A stretch of DNA of 64,000 nucleotides from Nitrospira sp. Its GTDB lineage: Bacteria > Nitrospirota > Nitrospiria > Nitrospirales > Nitrospiraceae. The translations under genes were made by a program, and so were the position numbers. Position 1 is the stretch's first letter. Each line of letters begins with the position of its first letter. Below the pieces are notes generated by a model that was not told the origin of the DNA, did not search any database, and saw nothing but the letters and a program-made list of their open reading frames with translations. Location: positions 384,001-448,000 of the forward strand of contig AP038806.1 of NCBI GenBank assembly GCA_047150005.1, given 5' to 3'. This document shows, piece after piece, positions 40,909 through 51,036 of this stretch.

Positions 40909-42738
40909 CTACTCCACCGTCACGCTCTTCGCAAGATTCCTCGGCTGATCCACGTCCGCGCCGCGCAGCACGGCAATGTGATAGGCCAACAGCTGCAGCG
41001 GGATGGTGAACAGAATCGGCGAAATGAGCGGATGCGTTTCAGGAATCGTAAAGACCGCATCGGCGGTCTTCCCCAATTCTCGCTCCCCCTCGGCCACCAG
41101 TGCAATGACGGGCGCATGGCGGGCCTTGACTTCCATGAGGTTGCTGACCGTTTTCTCGTACAATCGATCCCGTGGCGCCAGCACCACTACCGGCATGTCC
41201 CGGTCGATCAGCGCGATCGGCCCATGCTTCATCTCCCCGGCCGCGTACCCTTCCGCGTGAATGTAGGAGATCTCCTTGAGCTTGAGCGAACCTTCCAGCG
41301 CAATCGGGTAATTGATGCCACGGCCCAGAAAGAGGAAATTGCGTTTCTTGTAATATCGTTTGGCGATCGCCACGATCTCCGCTTCACGCCTCAGGACGCT
41401 TTCCACCAGCACGGGCAGGCGCACCAACCGATCGAGCCAGGCTTTGCCGTCCGTTTCCTTCATGACGCTGCGGACACGGGCCAGATGCAGTGCCATCAGA
41501 TACAGGGCGGTCAACTGGGCCGTGAACGCTTTGGTCGACGCCACCCCGATCTCCGGACCGCAATGGGTGTACAACACACCATCCGACTCCCGGGCCAGGG
41601 TGCTGCCGACGACGTTGACGATGGACACCACGCGCGCGCCCTTCTGCTTGGCCTCCCGCGCGGCCGCCAGGGTATCGGCGGTCTCACCGGATTGGGAGAT
41701 CGTGAGGAAGAGATCCCCTTTGCCGACCAGCGGATCGCGGTAGCGGAATTCGCTCCCGATATCGACTTGCACCGGAGTCCGCACCATGTCCTCGAAGAGA
41801 TACTTGCCGACCAGACCCGCATGCCACGAGGTCCCGCACGCGACGATCCAAATCCGGTCCACGGCTGCCAATTCCTTGGGCGTCAATCCGATGTCGGGCA
41901 GGTCGGCTTCACCGGTTTCATACGAGTATCGTCCGCGCATCGTGTCGAGGATCGTCTGCGGTTGCTCGTGGATCTCCTTGAGCATGAAATGGGGAAATCC
42001 GCTTTTCTCCGCGTCCGCCGCATCCCAGGTGATCTTGGACGGCTTCCTGAGCATGGCATGCCCTTCCGCATCCGTCATGCGGACGTCGGAAGCGGTCACC
42101 ACGGCCACGTCGCCTTCCTCGAGGTAGGTGACGTCGCGCGTGTGCGTCAGCATCGCCATCACGTCGGACGCCACGAAGGAGGCGTTTTTCGTCCGGCCGA
42201 CGACCAGCGGACACCCAAGCCTCGCCGCGACCAGAGTCCCGGGTTCTTGCTCGGAAATCACGGCCAAGGCGTAGCTTCCGCGCACTTCTTTCGTTGCCGC
42301 CCGGACCGCATCGGCCAAGCCCAACCCCTTCTGCATGTGCTTATCGATCAGGTGCGCCACGACTTCCGTATCGGTGTCCGAATGGAACTTGTAGCCTTCG
42401 CGCTCCAATTGCTGCTTGAGCGGCTGATAGTTCTCGATGATCCCGTTGTGCACGAGAACGCAGCTTTTCGACCGATGCGGATGCGCGTTCTGTTCGGACG
42501 GCTTCCCGTGCGTCGCCCATCGCGTGTGGCCGATCCCGACCACGCCGGCGATCTCCTTGTCCTTGAGCGATTTTTGGAGGTTGGCCAACTTTCCCACGCT
42601 CCGCCGCACTTCGATCTTCTGGCCCTGCAGGACCGCGACTCCCGCCGAATCGTATCCGCGGTATTCCAGCTTCGCGAGCCCCCCGATGAGGATCGGCACC
42701 GCGTCCTGGTCACCGACGTACCCGACGATTCCACACAT
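40909..42738 (-). CDS. glmS: Glutamine--fructose-6-phosphate aminotransferase
   Basis: MCGIVG start, LEYRGYDSAG, HTRWATHG, SQSGETADT, PRNLAKSVTVE. Confidence 0.98.
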   Translation of the reverse strand: MCGIVGYVGDQDAVPILIGGLAKLEYRGYDSAGVAVLQGQKIEVRRSVGKLANLQKSLKDKEIAGVVGIGHTRWATHGKPSEQNAHPHRSKSCVLVHNGIIENYQPLKQQLEREGYKFHSDTDTEVVAHLIDKHMQKGLGLADAVRAATKEVRGSYALAVISEQEPGTLVAARLGCPLVVGRTKNASFVASDVMAMLTHTRDVTYLEEGDVAVVTASDVRMTDAEGHAMLRKPSKITWDAADAEKSGFPHFMLKEIHEQPQTILDTMRGRYSYETGEADLPDIGLTPKELAAVDRIWIVACGTSWHAGLVGKYLFEDMVRTPVQVDIGSEFRYRDPLVGKGDLFLTISQSGETADTLAAAREAKQKGARVVSIVNVVGSTLARESDGVLYTHCGPEIGVASTKAFTAQLTALYLMALHLARVRSVMKETDGKAWLDRLVRLPVLVESVLRREAEIVAIAKRYYKKRNFLFLGRGINYPIALEGSLKLKEISYIHAEGYAAGEMKHGPIALIDRDMPVVVLAPRDRLYEKTVSNLMEVKARHAPVIALVAEGERELGKTADAVFTIPETHPLISPILFTIPLQLLAYHIAVLRGADVDQPRNLAKSVTVE

Positions 42739-42745
42739 ACGCGAC

Positions 42746-44311
42746 CTACCTCCGTCGCTTGGCCCGGCTCGCAGGCGGCCGCGGCTTCGATGTTTTGGCC
42801 GGCAATGTCGAGCCGGCATCCTGCGGCGACGTCAACAGGGCGCGGCGACGCGCGGCCCAGCCCGCACGATTGACTTGGGGCACACGGGCGATCACCAACG
42901 CGTCCGAGGGCACGTCCTCCGTCACCGTCGTCCCGGCCGCGATAATGGCACCCGCCCCAACCGTCACCGGCGCGATCAGCTGCGTGTCGCTCCCGACGGC
43001 CACGTTGTCTTCGATGACCGTTTGATGTTTGTTGACGCCGTCGTAATTGACGGTGATCGTTCCGGCCCCGATATTCACGCCCTTCCCGATCCGAGCGTCC
43101 CCCAGATACGTCAGGTGATTGGCTTTTGACCCTTCGCCCAGTTCCGCTTGTTTCATCTCGACGAAATTCCCGACCTTGGCCTTCCTGCGAACGATCGCAC
43201 CGGGACGAAGATGCGCGAACGGTCCCAACACCGCGTGATCATCGATCCGCGCCTCGCGGAACACACAATGGCCGAGAATCTCCACGCCGTGACCGACGGT
43301 GCAATCCGTCAACCGCGTGAACGCATGCACGACGCAATCCTCACCGAGCACCGTCCTCCCGGCGAGCATCACGTTCGGATGGAGAACCGTATCCTTGCCG
43401 ATCGACACGCCGGCGTCGATCCACGTGGAACCTGGATCGATCATGGTCACTCCCGCGTCCAACCAATGCTCTCGTATCTGACGGCGCAGCACCAATTCGG
43501 CTTCCGCCAGCTGCCGGCGTGAATTCACGCCCAACCCTTCGTCCGGATCGTCGAGAGTAACCGCGCAGACTCGACGCCCTTGGGCGACGGCCGTTTGCAA
43601 AATATCGGTGAGGTAGTATTCCCCCTGCGCGTTGGTCGGATCCAACCGGTCCAACGCCGCGAATAGAAACCCGCCGTCGACGACGTAGGTTCCTGCGTTG
43701 ATTTCCCTGATCACCTTCTCGGCCGGTCCAGCGTCGCGATCCTCGACGATACGCGAGACGGGCCCGCCGGCGGACTGCCGGACGACGCGTCCGTATCCGC
43801 TCGGATCCTCCAGCTTCGCCGTAAGGATGGTCACCGTCGCTCGTTCCTGTTGATGCATCTGCAGCAGCCTCCGCACCGTCTCTTCCCGGAGCAGCGGCGT
43901 GTCGCCGTTGAGAATGAGGTAACAGGCCGGCGCCGATTGCCCAGTCACGTTGAAGACGGGTCTGGTCTGCAAGACGGCATGCCCGGTTCCCAGCTGCTCG
44001 CGCTGCTCGACAATCGCCACCGCGGCGCGGCCGTCGCGGAGCGGCACGGCGGCTTCGATCGCTTGTCGCACCCGGTCGGCGTGATGGCCGACGACGACAG
44101 CCACACGGTGGCCCGCGACCCGCACGCCCACGTCGATCGAGTACATCACCATGGCCCGGCCGGCGACCGCATGCAGCACTTTCGGATGCTTGGATTTCAT
44201 CCGCTTGCCGAGCCCCGCCGCCATGACCACCACGGCAAGCCCCGGAACAGTGGCGTCACCGCCGACGACTCCGCCGGCAGCCGATGCTGTCGCTTCCGTC
44301 GAACGGCTCAT
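42746..44311 (-). CDS. glmU: Bifunctional UDP-GlcNAc pyrophosphorylase / glucosamine-1-P acetyltransferase
   Basis: MAAGLGKRMKS..PKVLH, QLGTGHA, GYGR, EYYLTD, hexapeptide repeats; ATG overlaps the upstream TGA. Confidence 0.96.
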   Translation of the reverse strand: MSRSTEATASAAGGVVGGDATVPGLAVVVMAAGLGKRMKSKHPKVLHAVAGRAMVMYSIDVGVRVAGHRVAVVVGHHADRVRQAIEAAVPLRDGRAAVAIVEQREQLGTGHAVLQTRPVFNVTGQSAPACYLILNGDTPLLREETVRRLLQMHQQERATVTILTAKLEDPSGYGRVVRQSAGGPVSRIVEDRDAGPAEKVIREINAGTYVVDGGFLFAALDRLDPTNAQGEYYLTDILQTAVAQGRRVCAVTLDDPDEGLGVNSRRQLAEAELVLRRQIREHWLDAGVTMIDPGSTWIDAGVSIGKDTVLHPNVMLAGRTVLGEDCVVHAFTRLTDCTVGHGVEILGHCVFREARIDDHAVLGPFAHLRPGAIVRRKAKVGNFVEMKQAELGEGSKANHLTYLGDARIGKGVNIGAGTITVNYDGVNKHQTVIEDNVAVGSDTQLIAPVTVGAGAIIAAGTTVTEDVPSDALVIARVPQVNRAGWAARRRALLTSPQDAGSTLPAKTSKPRPPASRAKRRR

Positions 44312-44976
44312 CCGATGGGCACTCCCGGATCTGGCTGTTTGATCGGACCCCACTTGGCTTCAGCCGGCATGGTTGCGACGAGCGACGGGGTGGGTGAATA
44401 GAGCCCGCCTGAGACGATCAGCTTCATCGCCTCTTCCACGCTGATGTCGACGGACGTCACTTCACGCTCGGGCACCAACAGAAAATATCCGGACGTCGGA
44501 TTCGGTGAGGTGGGAACGTAGACATGGACCAACGCATCCTGCGTGATGTCCTGCATCTCTCCCTTCGTCACCCCGGTGACGAAGGCAAAGCAATAGTGGC
44601 CGTTCTTCGGAAACTGAATCAGGACGACACGATGGTACGATCCGCGCTCGGAAAACGAGAGAATGTCCATCATGGACTTCAGGGTCGAATAGATTCCGCG
44701 CACGAGCGGCACGCGGTTCAGCCAGCTCTCCCACGCCTTGACGATCTGCCTGCCGATGAAATTGGCGGCAAATAGACCCGTCGCGAACACCAACACGAGC
44801 AGCGCGAGGATGCCCAATCCCGGCACATAATGATTCGGCACCATCGAGGCCAACAGATTTCCGAGAATGCCGTCGACCGCGATGAAGAGTGTCTTCAAAA
44901 TGAGGATGGTCCCCCAGATCGGGGTAATCACCAGAAGACCTGTCAGAAAGTAGCGTTTTAGCGAGGCTTTCAGCAT
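44308..44976 (-). CDS. DUF502 membrane protein
   Basis: YFLTGLLV..P, RVPLVRGIY, VYVPTSPNPTSG, EEAMKLIVSGG. Confidence 0.9.
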   Translation of the reverse strand: MLKASLKRYFLTGLLVITPIWGTILILKTLFIAVDGILGNLLASMVPNHYVPGLGILALLVLVFATGLFAANFIGRQIVKAWESWLNRVPLVRGIYSTLKSMMDILSFSERGSYHRVVLIQFPKNGHYCFAFVTGVTKGEMQDITQDALVHVYVPTSPNPTSGYFLLVPEREVTSVDISVEEAMKLIVSGGLYSPTPSLVATMPAEAKWGPIKQPDPGVPIG

Positions 44977-45109
44977 GAAACCGCGCCCGTGGAAGTGGAA
45001 TCACATCATACAGAGGATACGGAGACGCTCGCAAGCCTTTTCTTGCTATTTTCAACAACTTGGACTAGGATTCCGCCCGTTTTTCCCCCCTGAAAGGATC
45101 CCCGATCCG

Positions 45110-45796
45110 ATGAACACACGAACGCGAACACACCGGGGCCTCTTCATCACCCTGGAAGGACCGGAAGGGAGCGGGAAAAGCACACAGATCCGGCACCTCG
45201 CCGCCCTCCTGCGACACGCCGGGTACAGAGTCGTCGCCACTAGGGAACCGGGAGGCACCCCGGTCGCCGAAGCGATCCGCAACGTCCTGCTGCTCTCTCG
45301 ACATACAGAGCCGATCGGCGCGAAGACCGAAGCCCTGTTGATCCTCGCCGCCCGCAGTCAGCACGTGACTGAGATCATCAAGCCGGCGCTGATGCAGGGC
45401 GCTATAGTCCTGTGCGACCGGTTCTCCGACTCAACCATCGCCTATCAGGGATTCGGCCGCGGGCTAGACAGAGAATGGCTGAAACGAGTCAACGCTGTCG
45501 TGACGGAGGGACTGCGACCGGATTTCACAATATTGCTGGACCTGCCTATCGCCGTCGGCTTGGCGCGGAGACGGTCCTCGGCTGGCAGGCAAAACCGGCT
45601 GGATCGGGAGGCGGCACGGTTCCACCGGCTCGTTCGACAAGGCTTTCTCAGGTTGGCCGACCAGTCGCGCGGACGGATCACAGTGATCAAGGCGGATCGG
45701 TCCGCGGAGGAAATCCGTGCAGAGATCGAGCCGCTTGCACTGCGGTGGGCGGCACGGTATGTAGGACGTTGGAAGGTCACGCATGCCGTTTCATGA
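45110..45796 (+). CDS. tmk: Thymidylate kinase
   Basis: FITLEGPEGSGKSTQ, TREPGGT, CDRFSDSTIAYQG. Confidence 0.96.
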   Translation: MNTRTRTHRGLFITLEGPEGSGKSTQIRHLAALLRHAGYRVVATREPGGTPVAEAIRNVLLLSRHTEPIGAKTEALLILAARSQHVTEIIKPALMQGAIVLCDRFSDSTIAYQGFGRGLDREWLKRVNAVVTEGLRPDFTILLDLPIAVGLARRRSSAGRQNRLDREAARFHRLVRQGFLRLADQSRGRITVIKADRSAEEIRAEIEPLALRWAARYVGRWKVTHAVS

Positions 45797-46811
45797 TGTC
45801 ATCGGTCACAATGCGACGATCGCCGCTCTGCAAGCTGCCGCAAGCGGCGGGCGATTGGCCCATGCCTATCTGTTTCATGGGGACGTCGCGATCGGAAAGC
45901 GGCTGACGGCGTTTCGATTCGCCCAGGCCCTCAATTGCGAGCGGGTGGAGACGACCAACCCACCCGACGCATGCGGCCTCTGTCGCTCGTGCTTGCAGAT
46001 CGAAGCCCGCACCCACCCGGACTTCTTCGTGATCGAGCCGGACCGGGAATTGGCCACGCCTCAGATCAAGATCGAAGAGATTCGCGGCCTCGAACAACAG
46101 ATGGTGTACCGTCCGCTGGTCGGCGAACAAAAGATTTGCCTGATTGACGACGCAGACCGCATGACGATCGGGGCTTCCAACGCCCTCTTGAAAACGCTGG
46201 AGGAACCGCCGGACCATAGCCTGTTCCTGCTGATCTCGAGCCGGCCGGCCGCCTTGCCGGCCACGATCCGTTCTCGGTGTCAGCAGCTTCGTTTCGCCGT
46301 TCCGACGCGGACGCAGGTGGAAGCGGCGCTCATTCGCGATCGGCAGAAAGCGCCCGCCGAAGCTCGGTTGCTGGCGGTCTTCAGCGAGGGACGGATCGGG
46401 GAGGCGTTCTCCGCCGACGCAGGACAGCTCCGAACCCGCCAGCTGGAAATAATGGAACTGGTCAGCCGGCAATGCTTGCAGTCGAGCGCCTTGTTGCTCA
46501 CGGCTGTCGAGTCGCTCCATAAGGCCGAGCGGGCGCAAGAAACCCTGACATGGCTGGCCCGATGGATCCGAGACGTGGTGTTGGTCAAGGTGGGAGGCGC
46601 CCCCGACCAACTCATGTTCTCCGAGCATGTCCAGGCGCTTGAAACCTGTGCGCGCCAGGCCGATACGGATTCCCTTCTCCTGCTGCTGCAGGACATCGAG
46701 CACACGGAACAACAGTCCGGTAGACACGTCAATCTCCAAATCGCGCTTGAAAACATTCTCCTTCGCCTGCGTGATGCGGTCTTCCCTCAAACTCCGGTCC
46801 CGTCGTCCTGA
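45783..46811 (+). CDS. holB: DNA polymerase III delta' subunit
   Basis: HAYLF, CG.C.SC zinc module, HPD, NALLKTLEEPP, TIRSRC. Confidence 0.94.
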   Translation: MPFHDVIGHNATIAALQAAASGGRLAHAYLFHGDVAIGKRLTAFRFAQALNCERVETTNPPDACGLCRSCLQIEARTHPDFFVIEPDRELATPQIKIEEIRGLEQQMVYRPLVGEQKICLIDDADRMTIGASNALLKTLEEPPDHSLFLLISSRPAALPATIRSRCQQLRFAVPTRTQVEAALIRDRQKAPAEARLLAVFSEGRIGEAFSADAGQLRTRQLEIMELVSRQCLQSSALLLTAVESLHKAERAQETLTWLARWIRDVVLVKVGGAPDQLMFSEHVQALETCARQADTDSLLLLLQDIEHTEQQSGRHVNLQIALENILLRLRDAVFPQTPVPSS

Positions 46812-46889
46812 CGATCGCAGGGTTCGCTCCCCGTCCATGCCCGCATAGCTTTCGTTCGGCGCAACCTGGTATCTTCTGGTCGACTGCCC

Positions 46890-48914
46890 ATGAGCGCCAA
46901 ACACACCTTTTACATCACCACTCCGATCTACTACGTCAACGATGTACCCCATATCGGACACGCCTACACGACCATCGCGGCCGACGTGCTGGCCCGTTAC
47001 CGAAGACTGAAGGGACGCGATGTCTTTTTCCTCACAGGTCTCGACGAGCACGGCCAGAAAGTCCAACAGGCCGCCGCCAAGGCCGGCATCGATCCCCAAG
47101 TCCATTGCGACAAGTTGGCTCCTCAGTTCCAGACACTTTGGACCCGCCTCAACATTTCCAACGACGCCTTCATCCGAACGACCGACGGCGCACATAAATC
47201 AATCGTTCAACGATATCTTCAGGAACTATTCGACAAGAACTTGATTTATAAAGGCTCTTACACTGGATGGTACTGCACGTTCGACGAACGATTCTGGACC
47301 GAGAAGGATGTCGAGAACGGCCTCTGTCCGGACTGCAAACGCCCCGTCGAGCAGATCAGCGAGCACAATTATTTCTTCAGGATGGGGCAATATCAAGATC
47401 GACTGATCGACTACATCAAGACACACGATCGTTTCGTGCGCCCGGAGCCGCGCCGCAATGAGGTCTTGGGTTTCCTTCAAACGCAGAAGCTCGGAGACCT
47501 CTCGATCTCGCGACCGAAGTCCCGGCTGTCATGGGGCATCGAGCTGCCGTTCGACGCACAATACGTCACCTACGTGTGGTTCGACGCACTGGTGAATTAC
47601 CTCTCCGCCCTCGAGTACAAATTGCCGTCGCCGTCCGTCGGACGGTACTGGCCCGCCGACATACACCTGGTGGGCAAGGACATCCTCACCACCCACGCCG
47701 TTTATTGGTCCACGATGCTGATGGCGTTGAACCTGCCGTTGCCGAAAACCATCTTTGCACACGGATGGTGGACGGTCGACGGAGAGAAGATGTCCAAGAG
47801 CCGCGGCAACGTCGTGGACCCTAACAGCATGGTGGAAGCCTACGGCGTCGACCCCTTCCGGTATTTCCTCCTCAGAGAGGTTCCCTTCGGTCAGGACGGT
47901 GACTTTTCAGAACAGGCGATGGCGAGGCGAATCAACAGCGACCTGGCGAATGGAATCGGCAATCTCTTGAGCCGGACATTGACGATGATCGAACGGAGCT
48001 GCGCCGGCACGATCCCGGATGTCCCTCACAATTACCTCGACGGCGACGATGCGCAGAACACATACCCGCTTCTCGTTCATGCACGGGAATCCCTGCGGAC
48101 GTTGGGAGACCGGCTGGACACATTGTTCGACGGTTTTGAGTTCAATACCATTCTCCTCCTCATCGCGAGCCGAGTCTCCGATGCGGACACCTTCATCGAT
48201 AAACACGAACCCTGGAAGCTTGCAAAAGATCCAGGCAAACAGGCCGAACTGCACGCTGTCCTGTACAGTGCTGCCGAGTGCTTGCGTATTGTGAGCCTCT
48301 ATCTCTACCCGGTGATGCCGGACACCGCGCAGAAAATCGCGGAGCAGTTGGGCCTGAACGTTGATTTCACCATGCCGTTGTTGCGCGACACAGTCGAGTG
48401 GGGTGGGCTCCAAGCCGGAGCGAAGATCCGCAAGGGGCCTCCCCTCTTCCCACGCGTTGAACCGAAACCACAAGGAGCCAAACCCGTGAGCGATTCTGCA
48501 ACACCGTCTCAACCGACCGCCGCCCCTTCGGCTGCGACGTCCGTCACCACCACCACTGCTGTGCCCACGCCGGCGCCTCCCGCCGCTCCGGCTCAGATTC
48601 CCATCGACGAGTTCATGAAGATCCAGCTCAAGACCGCGAAGGTCCTTGCAGCGGAGCGGGTCCCCAAGTCCGAGAAGCTGCTGAAACTTCTCGTTTCGCT
48701 TGGGACGGAAGAGCGCCAAATCGTGGCCGGCATCGGCAAGAAATATGAGCCGGAATCACTCGTAGGCAAGACCATCGTCATCGTCGCCAATCTGAAACCC
48801 GCGAAGCTCATGGGCATTGAATCGCAAGGGATGGTGCTCGCCGCCGGCGACAGCGACGTGCGAGGCCTCGTCACCATCCTGGAAGAGGTCGATCCAGGAA
48901 CCAAAGTCAAATGA
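46890..48914 (+). CDS. metG: Methionine--tRNA ligase with C-terminal tRNA-binding domain
   Basis: TTPIYYVN..HIGH, YVWFDAL, KMSKS; P/A/T-rich linker; ANLKPAKLMGIESQGM OB domain. Confidence 0.97.
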   Translation: MSAKHTFYITTPIYYVNDVPHIGHAYTTIAADVLARYRRLKGRDVFFLTGLDEHGQKVQQAAAKAGIDPQVHCDKLAPQFQTLWTRLNISNDAFIRTTDGAHKSIVQRYLQELFDKNLIYKGSYTGWYCTFDERFWTEKDVENGLCPDCKRPVEQISEHNYFFRMGQYQDRLIDYIKTHDRFVRPEPRRNEVLGFLQTQKLGDLSISRPKSRLSWGIELPFDAQYVTYVWFDALVNYLSALEYKLPSPSVGRYWPADIHLVGKDILTTHAVYWSTMLMALNLPLPKTIFAHGWWTVDGEKMSKSRGNVVDPNSMVEAYGVDPFRYFLLREVPFGQDGDFSEQAMARRINSDLANGIGNLLSRTLTMIERSCAGTIPDVPHNYLDGDDAQNTYPLLVHARESLRTLGDRLDTLFDGFEFNTILLLIASRVSDADTFIDKHEPWKLAKDPGKQAELHAVLYSAAECLRIVSLYLYPVMPDTAQKIAEQLGLNVDFTMPLLRDTVEWGGLQAGAKIRKGPPLFPRVEPKPQGAKPVSDSATPSQPTAAPSAATSVTTTTAVPTPAPPAAPAQIPIDEFMKIQLKTAKVLAAERVPKSEKLLKLLVSLGTEERQIVAGIGKKYEPESLVGKTIVIVANLKPAKLMGIESQGMVLAAGDSDVRGLVTILEEVDPGTKVK

Positions 48915-49768
48915 CCAGACCCACGGGCATGATGGCACTCCTGCTGGTCGCCCTGCTGGTTCCCTGTCAGAGCTGGCCGCTTCCTGCGGAAGAAGAGCCT
49001 CCTCCCGACCCGCATCTCAATGAGCCAAAGGCGACCACCGTCGTGGTGCGCGTGGTTGCCCATGGCGCGATGGTCCTCGGCCGCGAAGTAGGCGGAGCCA
49101 GGGTCACGATCACCGACGCGGCCACGAAGCAGATTCTGGCCACCGGCATCCAGCAAGGCGAGGCCGGCGATCAGAACCAGATCATGCGGACGCCGCGAAC
49201 CATGGAAGAGCCGATCTACAGCTCTCGGCCCTCCGCGGCGTTCACCACGACCCTGGAATTGAGCCGCCCCACCCTTGTGGAAATTTCGGCCGAAGGCCCG
49301 CTCGCCTACCCCGCATCGATGCAGCGGACGTCCGAGACCGTCCTCTTGATCCCGGGCCAGGACCTTACGAACGACGGTATCGTACTGCACCTGTATGGTT
49401 ACCTCGTTCAGATCGAGCGCCCGAAGCCGGGCGACTCCCTCATCGCCAAGGACGACGTGAAGCTTCGGGCATCGGTCCGCACTCTGTCCGGCACCTTGGT
49501 CCGTCCCCATGGAGACTGGGATTCGCGCAGGATCAACATTTATGGAGAAGTGTTGATCGGCACCCGCATCGTGGAACGCCTCCAGATGTTTTACTCCGGA
49601 GAAAGCAGCAGTTTTGAGGCTCCCTTCTTCGTTCCGACGGTGAAAGACGCACCGGACGGCATCACGCTACGCGTGATCGCCACCGATCTCTCCACAGGAA
49701 ATTCCGGGATGGGAACCACGACCTACCCGGTCCTGACCGAACAATTGAAACCGCCCCTGCGACATTGA
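48911..49768 (+). CDS. Secreted hypothetical protein
   Basis: 285-aa ORF with signal peptide, ATGA-coupled to metG, beta-rich. Confidence 0.7.
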   Translation: MTRPTGMMALLLVALLVPCQSWPLPAEEEPPPDPHLNEPKATTVVVRVVAHGAMVLGREVGGARVTITDAATKQILATGIQQGEAGDQNQIMRTPRTMEEPIYSSRPSAAFTTTLELSRPTLVEISAEGPLAYPASMQRTSETVLLIPGQDLTNDGIVLHLYGYLVQIERPKPGDSLIAKDDVKLRASVRTLSGTLVRPHGDWDSRRINIYGEVLIGTRIVERLQMFYSGESSSFEAPFFVPTVKDAPDGITLRVIATDLSTGNSGMGTTTYPVLTEQLKPPLRH

Positions 49769-50082
49769 GCCGTCACCGGTTCCTCCTACGCTTCTCCTCT
49801 CGGCATCCGAATTAACTCCTCGCTGATCGACCACGTCTGCCTCATCATCCCGCCGCCGCTGTTCCTATTCGGGTCCGCTACTCAACAGATTCACATATGA
49901 ACGGTCAATACCAAGAGCGCGAAGACACGAGCGCAGCAAGCCTGGGCATGTCGCGCAAGGCAGTGAGCGTTATCGTACGTGATGATTCGATACCGCGTAT
50001 GTGACATCGAATAACGGCGCCCCGAGGGACCAGGGCAGAGCAAGACTTGCCGTCCCGGCCGGCTCGTGCGACACTGAAACCC

Positions 50083-51027
50083 ATGACGTCCCTGGTCGCC
50101 TACCACCATCTTCGTTCTCGCCTGCACCTCGCCCTGGGGTTGAATGCGGTCATCATCGTCGGCGAGTTCGCCGGAGGGTGGCTGTTGAACAGCATGGGAC
50201 TCATGAGCGATGCGGGGCACAATCTCGTCGACCAGGGATCGCTGTTTCTCGTCTTGTACGCGCATCTCCTGACCTCGAGGCCCGCCACGGAATCCCGAAC
50301 TTTCGGCTATCATCGCGCCGGAATGATCGCCGCCTTTCTGAATTCGTTCATTCTCTTGCTGACCGCGGCCGGCATCCTGCTCATCGGCCTCACGCGTCTG
50401 TTCGAACCGGTCGTCGTCGACGGCGCCTGGATGATGGGCGTCGCAGCCGTGAGTTTCGCCGCCAATCTGGGCATCGCCCTGCTGCTCCAACAGGGCGCCA
50501 AGGACGACCTCAACATCCGCAGTGCCTTCTGGCACATGCTGGCCGACGCCTGGGTGTCCCTCGGCGTGATCGTGAGCGGCGGAGCCATTCTGCTCACGGG
50601 CTGGACCGTGCTCGACCCTCTCATGAGCATCGTCGTCGTGGCCGCCATCATTCACGGAGCCTGGCCGATCTTCAAGGAATCGTTGGAGGTCCTGTTGGAA
50701 TCGACTCCGCCCGGCATCAACGCCTCGAGCGTCGCCGCGACGATCGAATCGATCCCGGGCGTGGTCAACGTCCATGATCTTCACATTTGGGCCATCGAAC
50801 CTCGGCTGATCATGCTCACCTGTCACATTCTGATCGAGGGAGAAGATACCGCCGACACCACACCGTTGCTGAAGACGATCCGTGACCGGATCACCGGAGA
50901 CTTCGGGATCAAACACATGACGATCCAGCTGGAGACCAGCTGCGCCCATCCGAATGCGGTGCACTGCAATCTCAACACATTGGCGGGACAACACCCGGCC
51001 GTCGCATCCGCCCACGTCATCCACTGA
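50083..51027 (+). CDS. Cation diffusion facilitator (CzcD/ZitB-like)
   Basis: SDAGHNLVD (TM2), TFGYHR, NIRSAFWHMLAD (TM5), HDLHIW, HMTIQLE. Confidence 0.93.
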   Translation: MTSLVAYHHLRSRLHLALGLNAVIIVGEFAGGWLLNSMGLMSDAGHNLVDQGSLFLVLYAHLLTSRPATESRTFGYHRAGMIAAFLNSFILLLTAAGILLIGLTRLFEPVVVDGAWMMGVAAVSFAANLGIALLLQQGAKDDLNIRSAFWHMLADAWVSLGVIVSGGAILLTGWTVLDPLMSIVVVAAIIHGAWPIFKESLEVLLESTPPGINASSVAATIESIPGVVNVHDLHIWAIEPRLIMLTCHILIEGEDTADTTPLLKTIRDRITGDFGIKHMTIQLETSCAHPNAVHCNLNTLAGQHPAVASAHVIH

Positions 51028-51036
51028 CCCGATGCC

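Noticed and set aside
42739..42760. glmS ribozyme upstream of glmS
   Set aside because: Only 7 nt separate the glmU stop from the glmS start
48490..48600. Low-complexity Pro/Ala/Thr stretch in metG as a repeat or insertion element
   Set aside because: Ordinary flexible linker to the C-terminal tRNA-binding domain
49769..50082. Spacer before the CDF gene as riboswitch or small ORF
   Set aside because: No recognisable riboswitch consensus or convincing ORF by eye; would need an Rfam scan
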